A stretch of DNA of 64,000 nt from Bacteroidales bacterium (lineage in GTDB: Bacteria; Bacteroidota; Bacteroidia; Bacteroidales; FEN-979), in NCBI GenBank assembly GCA_963682005.1, contig OY820914.1:4964979-5028978 (forward strand), read 5' to 3'. Positions within the stretch are counted from its first letter, which is position 1, and each line of letters starts with the position of its first letter. The notes beneath the pieces are model-generated. The model did not search any database. It was not told the origin of the DNA and worked only from the letters and a program-made list of their open reading frames with translations. The translations under genes were made by a program, and so were the position numbers. Below are positions 8,906 to 18,428 of this stretch, in pieces.

Positions 8906-9889
8906 ATGCATCATATTAAAAATCAAGCTCCGCTTGATGTATACACAATTGTAACAAACAGAATAATTGAATTGCTTGAAAAAGGCGTCATTCCTTGGCA
9001 AAAACCCTGGACCGAAGCCGGAATACCCAAGAATTTGATTACCGGAAAGAATTACCGGGGAATCAATGTCTGGCTATTAAATTCCTTAAACTACGCACAA
9101 AACAGTTTTTTAACATTTAAGCAGGTGCAGGATTTAGGAGCTTCAATAAAAAAAGGTGAAAAAGCCAATTTGGTAGTTTTTTGGAAATGGCTTGAAAAAG
9201 AAAATAAAGAAACAAAGGAAGTTGAAAGAATACCTTTACTAAGGTATTACAATGTTTTCAACATTGATCAGTGTACCGGAATACCCAAAGAGAAATTACC
9301 CCAAGTTATTGAAAGTAAAATTGACCCAATTGAAGCATGCGAAAAGATTATCACAGAAATGCCTAAGCGACCTGATATTCGACATGTTGAACAAAGAGCA
9401 TATTACAATAGATTGGAAGACTACGTAAATTTACCTAGAACAGAAACCTTTAAAACCAGTGAAGCATATTATGCTACACTTTTTCATGAGCTAGTCCACA
9501 GCAGTGGACATCCCGATAGATTAAACAGAAGGGAACTGACGGATAGCAAAGGTTTTAACTCACAGGATTACGCCGTTGAAGAATTAACCGCTGAAATGGG
9601 AGCATCTTACCTCAAATCTTATGCAGGAATCCCTATCGAACAACTTGATAACAATGCAGCTTATATCCATACCTGGCTAGAAAGATTAAAAAATGACAAA
9701 CGGTTTATAGTTCATTCCAGCGCCCAGGCACAGAAGGCAACTGATTTTATCCTAAATATCAGGAATGAAGAAAAGGAATTGGATATTCCTGAGCAAGTTG
9801 AAGATCTTGATAAAAACACTGTAAGGGAAGGGGAATTGAAAGAAACAAGAGGAAAGGAAAAAGAAAAATCTTTCGGGATTCAAAAATAA
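8906..9889 (+). CDS. ardC: ArdC-like antirestriction protein (ssDNA-binding N-domain + zincin)
   Basis: N-terminal IPWQKPW / NYRGINVWLL pattern and C-terminal HELVHSSGH metalloprotease motif. Confidence 0.8.
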   Translation: MHHIKNQAPLDVYTIVTNRIIELLEKGVIPWQKPWTEAGIPKNLITGKNYRGINVWLLNSLNYAQNSFLTFKQVQDLGASIKKGEKANLVVFWKWLEKENKETKEVERIPLLRYYNVFNIDQCTGIPKEKLPQVIESKIDPIEACEKIITEMPKRPDIRHVEQRAYYNRLEDYVNLPRTETFKTSEAYYATLFHELVHSSGHPDRLNRRELTDSKGFNSQDYAVEELTAEMGASYLKSYAGIPIEQLDNNAAYIHTWLERLKNDKRFIVHSSAQAQKATDFILNIRNEEKELDIPEQVEDLDKNTVREGELKETRGKEKEKSFGIQK

Positions 9890-9926
9890 AGATCTAGCTA
9901 ACACAGAGAATTTTTAAAGACTTCTT

Positions 9927-12518
9927 TTATCCAGATTTGCATTTAGTAATAAAATCATCAAGTAATTTAAGTTCCGCCTCAAGCTTAGAATTTTTTGGTA
10001 CCGCTGGGTTTATCCCAGCTGCCATATCATGAAGCCAGTTTGAAGACTCAGTCATTCCATCATTTACGTCTTTAATTAAGGTTGGGTTTATATCAAGACT
10101 GTCTAATCTTTGAGTTTGCACACTTTTATTAAATCTTTGAACAACTCCTTTTAATAAACGCTCTTCAACAGCTCGTTCCCAAGCTTCTCTAAGGTATTCA
10201 TACCACCCTTTAACTTCTTTTCTGTATAGATCACGGTCGCCAGTCTCAAGCTTCTTTATTCTAACCAAATCGTTTCTTAAATAACCAACTCTGCTTTTTA
10301 CATTCAAAGCAAACCAAGGGAGTTCTTTTTTTGTTACGCCAATCCGGTCACCATTCTTGCTCATTGATAACGAAATTTGCTCAACGGATTGAGCTTTGGC
10401 ATAATTTTGTAATTCTAATAGAAAAACGATATCGTGGGTTAGAACGATAACTTGGCGTTCCCTTGCCTCTTTTACGAGTCTTTTTGCAATAGTACTTCTT
10501 CTTTCGTGATCAAGAGATGTGACAGGATCATCAAAAACAATTCCAGAATTATTTCTGTCCAATTTTGATTCTGTCAGGAAATCTGCCAAGGCACTAACAG
10601 TCTGTTCTCCTTCACTCAAAATATCGCTTGGATCATATCCTCGCGCAAATTCCAACTTAAGCCCTTTGACAGTAGTGGCATCCCGGCCATGAGACTCAAC
10701 TTTGAGTCCAAAATTGCAATCAAGTTCTTCCGTCTCTTTGTTAAAAATTTCGACATACCGTGATATTACCAGTTCACCCATAATTTCTGTCTTCTTTCTG
10801 GTAGTATTACCTCTTGCTGTTGCTAGATTTATGGGTACTACAGCATTTTCCCAACGCAACCATGCAATATGTTTTTTTATTTTAGAAAGTATTCTTGACG
10901 CCTGTAGTTTTTGTTCGAGACAAGTTATCTCCCCATTTAGAGACTTTATTTCAGGGGTAGGATCAACTAGCCCAGCTTCAGTTTTCTTTTTTAATTCAAT
11001 AAGTTTGTCTATCGGCTTTAAGTTTATCCCTGGATCAGAATAGCTAACTTTTTGCTCCTTCCCGACCATATCTATCCAGTTCAAAAGTTGAGTATTTAGA
11101 TCATGAAATCCTTTTATAATCTTTTCTAAATCTGTCGCAATATCTTTTTTAAGAATTTTTATGGCAATTTCAGTCTCTGAAAAGGCTGGCCAAGTCTTAT
11201 TTATTCGTTGCAGGTCTTCCACTGATGCTCTAAGTTCCTGCCTTGCTTTCGCCAGTTCGGTCTCTGCCGTACTCTTTAAAAAATCCCAGTAATTACTAAA
11301 TAATGTTTTTTCCTTCTCTTTAAGAGATTGCCTGCAAAGAAGACAATGTTCAGGCTTAACCCCAGAATTAGAAGCAGTTTCTTTTTCGTAGAGTTTTTGA
11401 GCTGCTATGATTAATGACTTCCATTCCGGACTGCCAATATTTTTAAAAGAAGCAAAATCAAAATTTTTAACGCTTAACTTATCGGCTATTTTAATTTTAT
11501 CTTGAATCTCCTTTACCAAATTATTGATCGTTTTGGCTTTTATTCCGCTCAGACATAAGCTTTTGGTAATGAGAGTCTTTTTAAATGTATCAAGATCGTT
11601 ACATTCATCAGTCAATTCCTTTTTTTGTTTTGGTACATCCTGCTTTAGTTTTTTTGCAACTAACCTTTTTTTCTCTTCAAGTACTGTTTTGTCGACCGGT
11701 GTAAATTTTAGAGCATTATCAATTTCCTTATCTGTAGTTTTATGAGACAACGAATCTAAGAATTCGGTGACAACAGATGTGCCTGTATAGAGACCTTCTA
11801 CCGGATTATCCTGCTGCCTTGCTTCTATTTCCTCAGTCAGTTTTGCCTCGATATTTACTATGCTCTTGAATACCTCATCAAAGATTTTTATCCTTGAAGG
11901 GACAAATTCAACTTTATTCTCACTATTTAGGTGGATCAAAGCACTTTCGTGATCGAAAACAGAAAAAGATTTAAGAGCCTCATGGGTCTGGCCTAGAATA
12001 TAGTTAATAATATGTGAACCTGAGTCATCGGATACATGAAAATCAGCTGTCGCCTTTTTCGCCCGATCAGAAGTGTTTCTTGCGTTTGGTAACAATTTTC
12101 TAGGTTTTCTTGAAAGACAAGCATTACTTAGAAGTCTTCCTATGCCTGATTTGCCTGTTCCATTGTCTCCGTAAATTATTGTCAAATTTTTACCAAACTC
12201 AAGAAAACAACCCTCGTCGACAGCATTTACATCTTTTAAGTTTTCAATTTTATCAAGTGAAATTTTTGCCTTTTGAGTATCGGCCCCATTTAAATCAAGA
12301 GTAGGAAAAACAATCTTAACTCTACCTGGTCCAACTTTTATCACGCCAGAATCTTCCAAGAGATACTTATAACATTTCAAAATATCTTCATCATCAAGAA
12401 TCTCTTTTGTCATGTGCAATTGCCACAAGTACTGTTCCCAATAAGGCTTGCTTTCCAGCCACATTTTAAGACTATCAACTTTTAGCCTTTTCATTTTTTT
12501 TCCAATTTCTTCACTCAT
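9927..12518 (-). CDS. AAA_13 / RloC-PrrC-like ABC-type ATPase with coiled-coil CxxC zinc hook and a C-terminal putative nuclease region
   Basis: Walker A GDNGTGKSG, CLLC hook (11334-11345) inside a long coiled coil, D-loop/H-loop VFDDPVTSLD..LTHD. C-terminal LREAWE...NWLHD resembles the PrrC R-x3-E...H arrangement. Start taken at the ATG at 12518. Confidence 0.6.
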   Translation of the reverse strand: MSEEIGKKMKRLKVDSLKMWLESKPYWEQYLWQLHMTKEILDDEDILKCYKYLLEDSGVIKVGPGRVKIVFPTLDLNGADTQKAKISLDKIENLKDVNAVDEGCFLEFGKNLTIIYGDNGTGKSGIGRLLSNACLSRKPRKLLPNARNTSDRAKKATADFHVSDDSGSHIINYILGQTHEALKSFSVFDHESALIHLNSENKVEFVPSRIKIFDEVFKSIVNIEAKLTEEIEARQQDNPVEGLYTGTSVVTEFLDSLSHKTTDKEIDNALKFTPVDKTVLEEKKRLVAKKLKQDVPKQKKELTDECNDLDTFKKTLITKSLCLSGIKAKTINNLVKEIQDKIKIADKLSVKNFDFASFKNIGSPEWKSLIIAAQKLYEKETASNSGVKPEHCLLCRQSLKEKEKTLFSNYWDFLKSTAETELAKARQELRASVEDLQRINKTWPAFSETEIAIKILKKDIATDLEKIIKGFHDLNTQLLNWIDMVGKEQKVSYSDPGINLKPIDKLIELKKKTEAGLVDPTPEIKSLNGEITCLEQKLQASRILSKIKKHIAWLRWENAVVPINLATARGNTTRKKTEIMGELVISRYVEIFNKETEELDCNFGLKVESHGRDATTVKGLKLEFARGYDPSDILSEGEQTVSALADFLTESKLDRNNSGIVFDDPVTSLDHERRSTIAKRLVKEARERQVIVLTHDIVFLLELQNYAKAQSVEQISLSMSKNGDRIGVTKKELPWFALNVKSRVGYLRNDLVRIKKLETGDRDLYRKEVKGWYEYLREAWERAVEERLLKGVVQRFNKSVQTQRLDSLDINPTLIKDVNDGMTESSNWLHDMAAGINPAVPKNSKLEAELKLLDDFITKCKSG

Positions 12519-12538
12519 AAAACTAACTTTAGAATAGA

Positions 12539-14239
12539 CTATGCCACGGCCCAAGTAGTTACGTTTTGATGAACAAGTTGTTGCCACTGTAATTCACCCT
12601 GTGAGGTTTGATTTGATTGCCATTGGTTTTCAAGCCAAGTCTTTAACAGACTTGAATTAGAAAAGTTATTTTCAACACCTACCTGTACAAACTCAATGAA
12701 TTTCTCCAAGGACAAAGGGATAATCCGAGTAGCACCACCATAAAGGTCAGTATAATTTTTATTAAGATTATAAAAGAAAGCCAACGTTCCTTGTGAAATA
12801 TTAGGAGCAATAAAAATACAATATGTATCTCTATTTACTAGGCGTTTAAAGTTTCCATAATGCCTCGGAACAGAATCTCCTTCCATTTTAAATTGAGTTT
12901 CTCCAGAGGAAAGGGTAACTTCACCCATGATAGCAAAATCATCAAATTCAATTTCTAAATCAGGTTTATTGCCCGGTGCAGTATTCAAAGGCATTCCATC
13001 CAAATCCATAATAAAATTACCATCTATGCGTCTAGCGTAATTTAGCATTACAAACGAGCGCCAAGTATTCCATTCAAGGAATAAAGATGGATCAGGAGCA
13101 TCCTTATCAATAATACTCTGGAATACATCAAGTATATCCTGAAATTCTTTGCGACTGCGTAATTCGATCTTTTTTTCCTCTATATTCTTCTTCTGGGTGG
13201 TTATCTTAAGATCATCAAAAATGTTCTTTAATTCTTCAATCCCCAAATCCAATTCTCCAGGTCCAAATTTCTTCAATCCTTCAATTTTGTGAATTAACAT
13301 AGTCTTGTCATCTGAAAGGAGGGGAATAGAATAAGGATTAAACATATATTCCTTGAATTCGCTCAAGGTTTTATATTCTGTAGGTTCTCTATTAATATTA
13401 GAAAGGATAAATTGAACCTCTTCAGTTTTATACGGTGAAATAATCAACCTTAAAGTTTTTTTCTCAAATGTAACTAATTCAGTGGCACGCACATATCTAA
13501 TAATTGCGTCAGCATAATCTTTCATATTTGACTTCTTCGTTCTGATAAATTCCTTCAAGGACGAATCTTCACTTTCCCTTGTAGCTGTATCACCTCGCTC
13601 AATTTCATTACCATAGATTTCTAGAATTTCTCTTTCAAAAACCTCATGTACATACATTTTTCTACTTCCAGGATACGATCTGCTACCTTCCCTAAAAGCT
13701 ATAATTTTTTTAATGATCACGTCATATTTGGAAATATTTACCAATTGCAAAAAGAAAATAGCTAATTCAGTCTTTGAAAGACTACCGAGATCGAGTATCA
13801 ACCTAATCAATTCCAGGTAAGGTTTAACAAAAAAGTTAGTGGTTCTTGATTGTAAATGATATGGAGATGGAAGCTGAAACTTTAACAATTGACGAGTGAA
13901 CGTTTCATCTATACGTTTCTCCGTTAGCAATAATTTTCCAGCAGAGGTGAGATTTATTACCGGTTTCAAGTCAATAAAACCTAACGCTTGTGGGGCTCTC
14001 GTAATTCTATCTCGAGCTGCAAAAGCAGGATCAGATGGGTAATTCTCACCTTCATAAAAAGAAGAGTGAAATAACTGATCAAAAAATTCAGCCTGTAATT
14101 CCTGATTTCCAGACCATACCTTGCCTTCAAAACTTGAACACAACAATCCAATCTCTGGAATGATTTTACTTATTGTCCTTGGAGAAGTAAAACCGAAAAT
14201 AGTTTTTGATTTACTTAGATTAGCCATATTTATTCCCAA
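12539..14239 (-). CDS. AlwI/PleI/MlyI/N.BstNBI-family type IIS restriction endonuclease
   Basis: SPRTISKIIPEIGLL..FEGKVW..RDRITRAPQALGFI at the N-terminus and PDLEIEFDDFAIMGEVTLSSGETQFKMEGDSVPRHY..RIIPLSLEKF at the C-terminus match my memory of this family. Confidence 0.8.
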   Translation of the reverse strand: MGINMANLSKSKTIFGFTSPRTISKIIPEIGLLCSSFEGKVWSGNQELQAEFFDQLFHSSFYEGENYPSDPAFAARDRITRAPQALGFIDLKPVINLTSAGKLLLTEKRIDETFTRQLLKFQLPSPYHLQSRTTNFFVKPYLELIRLILDLGSLSKTELAIFFLQLVNISKYDVIIKKIIAFREGSRSYPGSRKMYVHEVFEREILEIYGNEIERGDTATRESEDSSLKEFIRTKKSNMKDYADAIIRYVRATELVTFEKKTLRLIISPYKTEEVQFILSNINREPTEYKTLSEFKEYMFNPYSIPLLSDDKTMLIHKIEGLKKFGPGELDLGIEELKNIFDDLKITTQKKNIEEKKIELRSRKEFQDILDVFQSIIDKDAPDPSLFLEWNTWRSFVMLNYARRIDGNFIMDLDGMPLNTAPGNKPDLEIEFDDFAIMGEVTLSSGETQFKMEGDSVPRHYGNFKRLVNRDTYCIFIAPNISQGTLAFFYNLNKNYTDLYGGATRIIPLSLEKFIEFVQVGVENNFSNSSLLKTWLENQWQSNQTSQGELQWQQLVHQNVTTWAVA

Positions 14240-15042
14240 AATTTATTTTCATCAACGGATGCAGATTTAGGTTGCAGAATATCCTTACCAGTTAATTTGT
14301 ATTCTACTATTCGTTTTTTTGAAATTTCAAGTGCTTTTTCCGATATATCACATCCAACAAAGGTGCATTTGTTTTTTAGGGCTGCTATCGCTGAGGAAGC
14401 ACTACCTAAGAATGGATCGCAAACAGTAAAATTCTTATCTCCACTTGCAAATATCATTGCTTGGAATACTTCAACTGGTTTTTGCGTTGGATACTTGCTC
14501 GCGTGTATTCTTTTGAACCTCCAAACGTCAGGAAAGGTCCTATTTCGTATATGACGGTTATTACCATTAGTAGCAAAGATAATATATTCATGCCGTCGTC
14601 TAAAGTAATGCCCCATCCCAATATTCACCTTATCCCAAGTAATTAAATTTTTTACATCAAAGTACTCTCTTACTAGATGACCAAGGCTAAGCATGGAAAA
14701 TGAATCAAACATGATATAGATGTGTCCTGTCGAGGGTTTAAGGACCCGTTTACATTGTGTTAAAAACAATCTATAGTTCTCAGCCGAATCTTCAAACTCA
14801 CCAAACCATTTTCCGTTCTCCTTGCCTTTGTCTGAATATTGACCAACTATTCTACCTTTACCAAGCATAAGTTTATTGTTCATTCCAGAATAAGCTGGAT
14901 CAGTGACAATAATGTCTACACTTTGATCTGGTAATTTGCTTAGAAACGAGATCGCATCATCTCTAAATATCTTAACAGAGTTATCAGAGGATGAATAATA
15001 TAAGGTTTTTTTTGGGCGTACTTTTGGGCTACTCTTAGTCAT
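14230..15042 (-). CDS. beta-class N6A/N4C DNA methyltransferase
   Basis: Motif IV-like TDPAYSG lies N-terminal to motif I CDPFLGSASS; 10-nt overlap with the endonuclease gene. Confidence 0.85.
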   Translation of the reverse strand: MTKSSPKVRPKKTLYYSSSDNSVKIFRDDAISFLSKLPDQSVDIIVTDPAYSGMNNKLMLGKGRIVGQYSDKGKENGKWFGEFEDSAENYRLFLTQCKRVLKPSTGHIYIMFDSFSMLSLGHLVREYFDVKNLITWDKVNIGMGHYFRRRHEYIIFATNGNNRHIRNRTFPDVWRFKRIHASKYPTQKPVEVFQAMIFASGDKNFTVCDPFLGSASSAIAALKNKCTFVGCDISEKALEISKKRIVEYKLTGKDILQPKSASVDENKFWE

Positions 15043-15400
15043 AAAAATTTCTAATTCAACAATATATCAATGCTCGTAATAAATTCATTTGTATTCATTG
15101 TACACGATTCAAGCGTATTTTCAAGCTCCTTCGAACAAAGGTAAAAAAAAGGACTTCTGCAACGGCCTTTTATCTTATTTAAGGACCAACAAAGGATCGT
15201 TAACGAAATCAAAACTGAGTTAGATTTACAAGAAGAAACAACAATTCAAATAGAAGCGAAGAGGAACAAGATTGCCAAAATTATTGAAAAAGCAATAAAA
15301 GCGTTAGCCATCCATAGGAGATTAATGATGATTTTTGGGCTTGTTATTTTACATATTATGTATATTTACATGAGTTATTCATACCCAAATTTATTATCCC

Positions 15401-16288
15401 ATGAAAAAGCCAGCTTCTGAACCTAAATCAAAAGCTCAAAATCTAAGCTTTAACGTTTTGAATATTCGTCTTCATTCAAACTCAAGAACGGGCCCCAATG
15501 CTTATTTTGAAATTTTTGAAAAAATTGCTGATTCAAGAACAGTTGTGCAAGTTTCGATTGATAGATTTATAATCTTAAGGACAAAGTTTGTCACAGAAAT
15601 TTCAGGACAAAAGATTATTTATGGTAAAATTGCCGGATTCACAAAAATTTCAGAAACCAATTGGCTAAATATTAATAATTTAGAGGTGGAATCAGTCGTA
15701 ATTCCCGCTGATCATTTTCCTAATATTCGTGAAACAGACTATATATTCATTCCGGCTGCACATAGAATTGCTATTGTTAAATCTCCCCAATTCGGACTCT
15801 ACAATGCAATTAAATTCTTGAACGAATCATTACTAAAAGTAATTGGTAGTGATGAACAAATAGACGTTATTATTGAGCAAAGTTCTGATATTTTCAAGGA
15901 AATTATGGAGGCTCCAATTATCAGGAGTCTTGACATTGAAATATCCTATAGTAATGCTGATATTAAACATGGTGAATATTATAAATGGCTTGATGATGAA
16001 TTAAGGGAAGCCGAAGTCGGAAATATTAAGCTCTCAATCCGGCCAGATCAAAATAATGAAATAAAAATTGATAACAGCCAACTTATCAAGGGCGCATTAA
16101 GCGTTGCGCAAAGTAATGGTTCTGTGTCAGCTACTATTATTACACCTGAGAGAAAGAGAAAAAAAATAATTACAAAGTTTCACCCTGAGATATTTCGGAG
16201 AAAGATAGATCATCCCGATGAAAAAAATCCAAGTATTTTTGCAATGATAATGGAACGGTTTAGAAATAAGTCACATGAAGGAAACTGA
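15401..16288 (+). CDS. hypothetical soluble protein (295 aa), first gene of an unassigned two-gene cassette
   Basis: ORF; no catalytic motif recognised. N-terminal FNVLNIRLHSNS..YFEIFEKI pattern only vaguely reminiscent of a DUF family. Confidence 0.6.
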   Translation: MKKPASEPKSKAQNLSFNVLNIRLHSNSRTGPNAYFEIFEKIADSRTVVQVSIDRFIILRTKFVTEISGQKIIYGKIAGFTKISETNWLNINNLEVESVVIPADHFPNIRETDYIFIPAAHRIAIVKSPQFGLYNAIKFLNESLLKVIGSDEQIDVIIEQSSDIFKEIMEAPIIRSLDIEISYSNADIKHGEYYKWLDDELREAEVGNIKLSIRPDQNNEIKIDNSQLIKGALSVAQSNGSVSATIITPERKRKKIITKFHPEIFRRKIDHPDEKNPSIFAMIMERFRNKSHEGN

Positions 16289-16922
16289 CCCTGTAAAAGC
16301 TAGACATAAAAAGGGCATTATTGGAATCATCCAGTCATATGGATTAAGCAATATTATATGGAGCTTCCCCTCAATTACTAGCTTATTGCTCTCGATTTTG
16401 GTTGTGGGTTTTCTATATTTTAATCAACAGTATAATAGTCATGATATATTAATAAAATTGTCAGACTTATCACTTTTAATATATCCAAGTCTGCTGGGTT
16501 TCAGTTTAGGTGGCTATGCTTTAATTATTGGATTTGGTAATACTTCCTTACTAAAATCAATGACTCGAACCAAAACAGATAAAGATTTCACAATCTTTCA
16601 AAGGATGAACGGGATATTTGCTTTCGGACTACTATTACAAGTGCTCGAACTAATATTCGCCTTTATTATTAAATTTACGAACATTCTCGAAGGATCCAAC
16701 AGAATTTCTTTTTTCCTCACACATCCCAATATTAGCCAGATATTAAATTTAGGTGGCAACTTTCTGCTTTTATGGTGGGCTTGTTGGAGTCTAATTATGA
16801 TCCCTTTCATTGTGTCAAATGTTTTCTTATTCGGACAAATGCACCATCTATACTTGACGAAACAAAGAATGATAGAGGACAGACAAAAGGAGGCTGAGAA
16901 ACAAAAAGAGCCGAAGGCCTAG
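16275..16922 (+). CDS. 4-5 TM membrane protein (215 aa), second gene of the cassette
   Basis: 14-nt overlap with the upstream ORF; hydrophobic segments SLLLSILVVGFLYF, LGFSLGGYALIIGFG, IFAFGLLLQVLELIFAFII, LLLWWACWSLIMIPFIVSNVFLF. Confidence 0.6.
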   Translation: MKETDPVKARHKKGIIGIIQSYGLSNIIWSFPSITSLLLSILVVGFLYFNQQYNSHDILIKLSDLSLLIYPSLLGFSLGGYALIIGFGNTSLLKSMTRTKTDKDFTIFQRMNGIFAFGLLLQVLELIFAFIIKFTNILEGSNRISFFLTHPNISQILNLGGNFLLLWWACWSLIMIPFIVSNVFLFGQMHHLYLTKQRMIEDRQKEAEKQKEPKA

Positions 16923-16936
16923 CTTCTGCTCACTAC

Positions 16937-16961
16937 AGCCAACAATAACTTGTGGCTTTTT
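16937..16961 (+). terminator. weak rho-independent terminator after the membrane-protein gene
   Basis: AGCCA(A)CA ... TGTGGCT stem followed by TTTTT. Confidence 0.4.
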
Positions 16962-17053
16962 CATTCTTTTCGCTACGCTTCATTCAATAAATAATCACAA
17001 TCCACAAGCTGACAATAATATAGTAGGGTAGTAATTCCGAATTTAGGGGGTAC

Positions 17054-17165
17054 GGGGGACAACGTCCCTCGCAAGATTGCGTGTGGCGGTTTACGAAGTT
17101 TACCGTCCACACGCAATCTTGCTATTGAGCCGGCGAGCTTGAATTTAGCTGTGCCGAAGGCTCAA
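17054..17165. other. compact triple-hairpin structured element between convergent genes
   Basis: Hairpins at 17054-17070, 17071-17122 and 17125-17165. The middle one is 20 bp with one bulged T at 17106. No T-run follows. Confidence 0.6.
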
Positions 17166-17192
17166 CAATGGGTGACTATATACGAGATGGGA

Positions 17193-17498
17193 TTAGTTCT
17201 CACCCAGGAAACCCGAAAGATACTTTCTACATCGTGTACTAAGTTCATCAGCGATTATACTTAGAGTGTCTCCCATGAAACCATCTTCTTCTGCTCTTGC
17301 TAATGTACCCCTTGCTCCTTCATATAAACGTTTAGTTAAGTCTATAATGTCTCTAAGGTATGAGGTACTTAATATTCTCGCACCATCCTTTTCGGGGTTA
17401 ATAAATTTAGCCTTTTTATCAGCCATTTCATTTATAAAACCAAAATAGATGTCATCTATTTTTTCAAGTTCTTCAGATAAAAATTGAGAAAGTTCCAT
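17193..17498 (-). CDS. hypothetical protein (101 aa)
   Basis: ORF only; helical, acidic. Confidence 0.45.
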   Translation of the reverse strand: MELSQFLSEELEKIDDIYFGFINEMADKKAKFINPEKDGARILSTSYLRDIIDLTKRLYEGARGTLARAEEDGFMGDTLSIIADELSTRCRKYLSGFLGEN

Positions 17499-17902
17499 AA
17501 TCCTGTGTTTTGATGAATAACAAATATACGGAGTTCAACAGGTCGAAAAAGAAAAGAAGTTGGGAAAATATAAATTTGTTATTGTATAATGGCTTCCCCC
17601 TTAGTGACTATAATAGAAAAACCTCTTCTATAAAAGAAATTTTAAAAAGAACCAAAAACAAAGTATTTGTAATTGTATTGTGTCGATGTTAATTGGGAGA
17701 TAACCTCTTTAAAGCCTGTGTGTGAGGCGTTATCCTCAATTAATATCGAAATTATTGTCACTTTTTTGTTGACTTATATGAAAAAACTCATTAAAGACAT
17801 TGATAATAAAGTAAATAACCATAGAATTGAACTCCTCTTTTGATGATCAGAATAGTTTAACCTTTTTATGTTACCCACTCAAAATTACAAAGTGACTTTA
17901 TA

Positions 17903-17930
17903 AAAGCCCAATGCAAATGCATTAGGCTTT
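17903..17930 (-). terminator. terminator downstream of the radC-like gene
   Basis: AAAGCCCAATGCA / TGCATTAGGCTTT stem (1 mismatch) followed on the minus strand by TTTTAT. Confidence 0.55.
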
Positions 17931-17939
17931 TATTGTTAG

Positions 17940-18428
17940 CTAAAGTAACCCTTCGTCAGCAAAAGTAAAATAAGCACCGCTTGATGCGATGATTAAATGA
18001 TCGAGAACTTTTATATCCAAAAGACTCCCAGCTTCTTTCATTCTCTTTGTCAATGTTATATCCGATTCACTAGGTTGAATATTCTGTGAGGGATGATTAT
18101 GACAAAGTATCAAATTACTTGCATTTGTCTGAAGCGCAAGCATAAAAACGATTTTTACATCGACAACGGTTCCACTTGTACCTCCTGAACTTAGTCTAAA
18201 CCAGCCCAGGATGTTGTTAGCCCTATTGAGAAGGAGCAAATAAAACTCTTCCTTAAGCTCAATGGTGTTTATATCAAAAAGGGGATAGAGAGCATTAAAT
18301 GCATCTCTGGAATTCAAAATCTTCGTTTTGTTGCTCGATTTTGTTTTATAACTCACAAAAATTTCGGCAAGCCCGGGACTTTTTTCACTTGTGCTTGCCT
18401 CAATGACATTTTTCATATTCCTGTTCAT
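17940..18428 (-). CDS. radC: RadC-like JAB/MPN domain protein
   Basis: JAMM motif HNHPSQNIQPSESD; start taken at MNRNMKN (the upstream ORF extension has no ATG). Confidence 0.8.
   Translation of the reverse strand: MNRNMKNVIEASTSEKSPGLAEIFVSYKTKSSNKTKILNSRDAFNALYPLFDINTIELKEEFYLLLLNRANNILGWFRLSSGGTSGTVVDVKIVFMLALQTNASNLILCHNHPSQNIQPSESDITLTKRMKEAGSLLDIKVLDHLIIASSGAYFTFADEGLL

Noticed and set aside
10702-12304. ORFs 10702..11043, 11524..11745 and 12110..12304 (+)
   Set aside because: They are antisense shadow ORFs inside the RloC-like gene.
15180-15335. Frame reading ..DQQRIVNEIKTELDLQEETTIQIEAKRNKIAKIIEKAIKAL.., reminiscent of the C-terminal helix of type I HsdS subunits
   Set aside because: There is no start codon, it is ~50 aa only, and the resemblance is generic coiled-coil. 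At most it is a decayed remnant.
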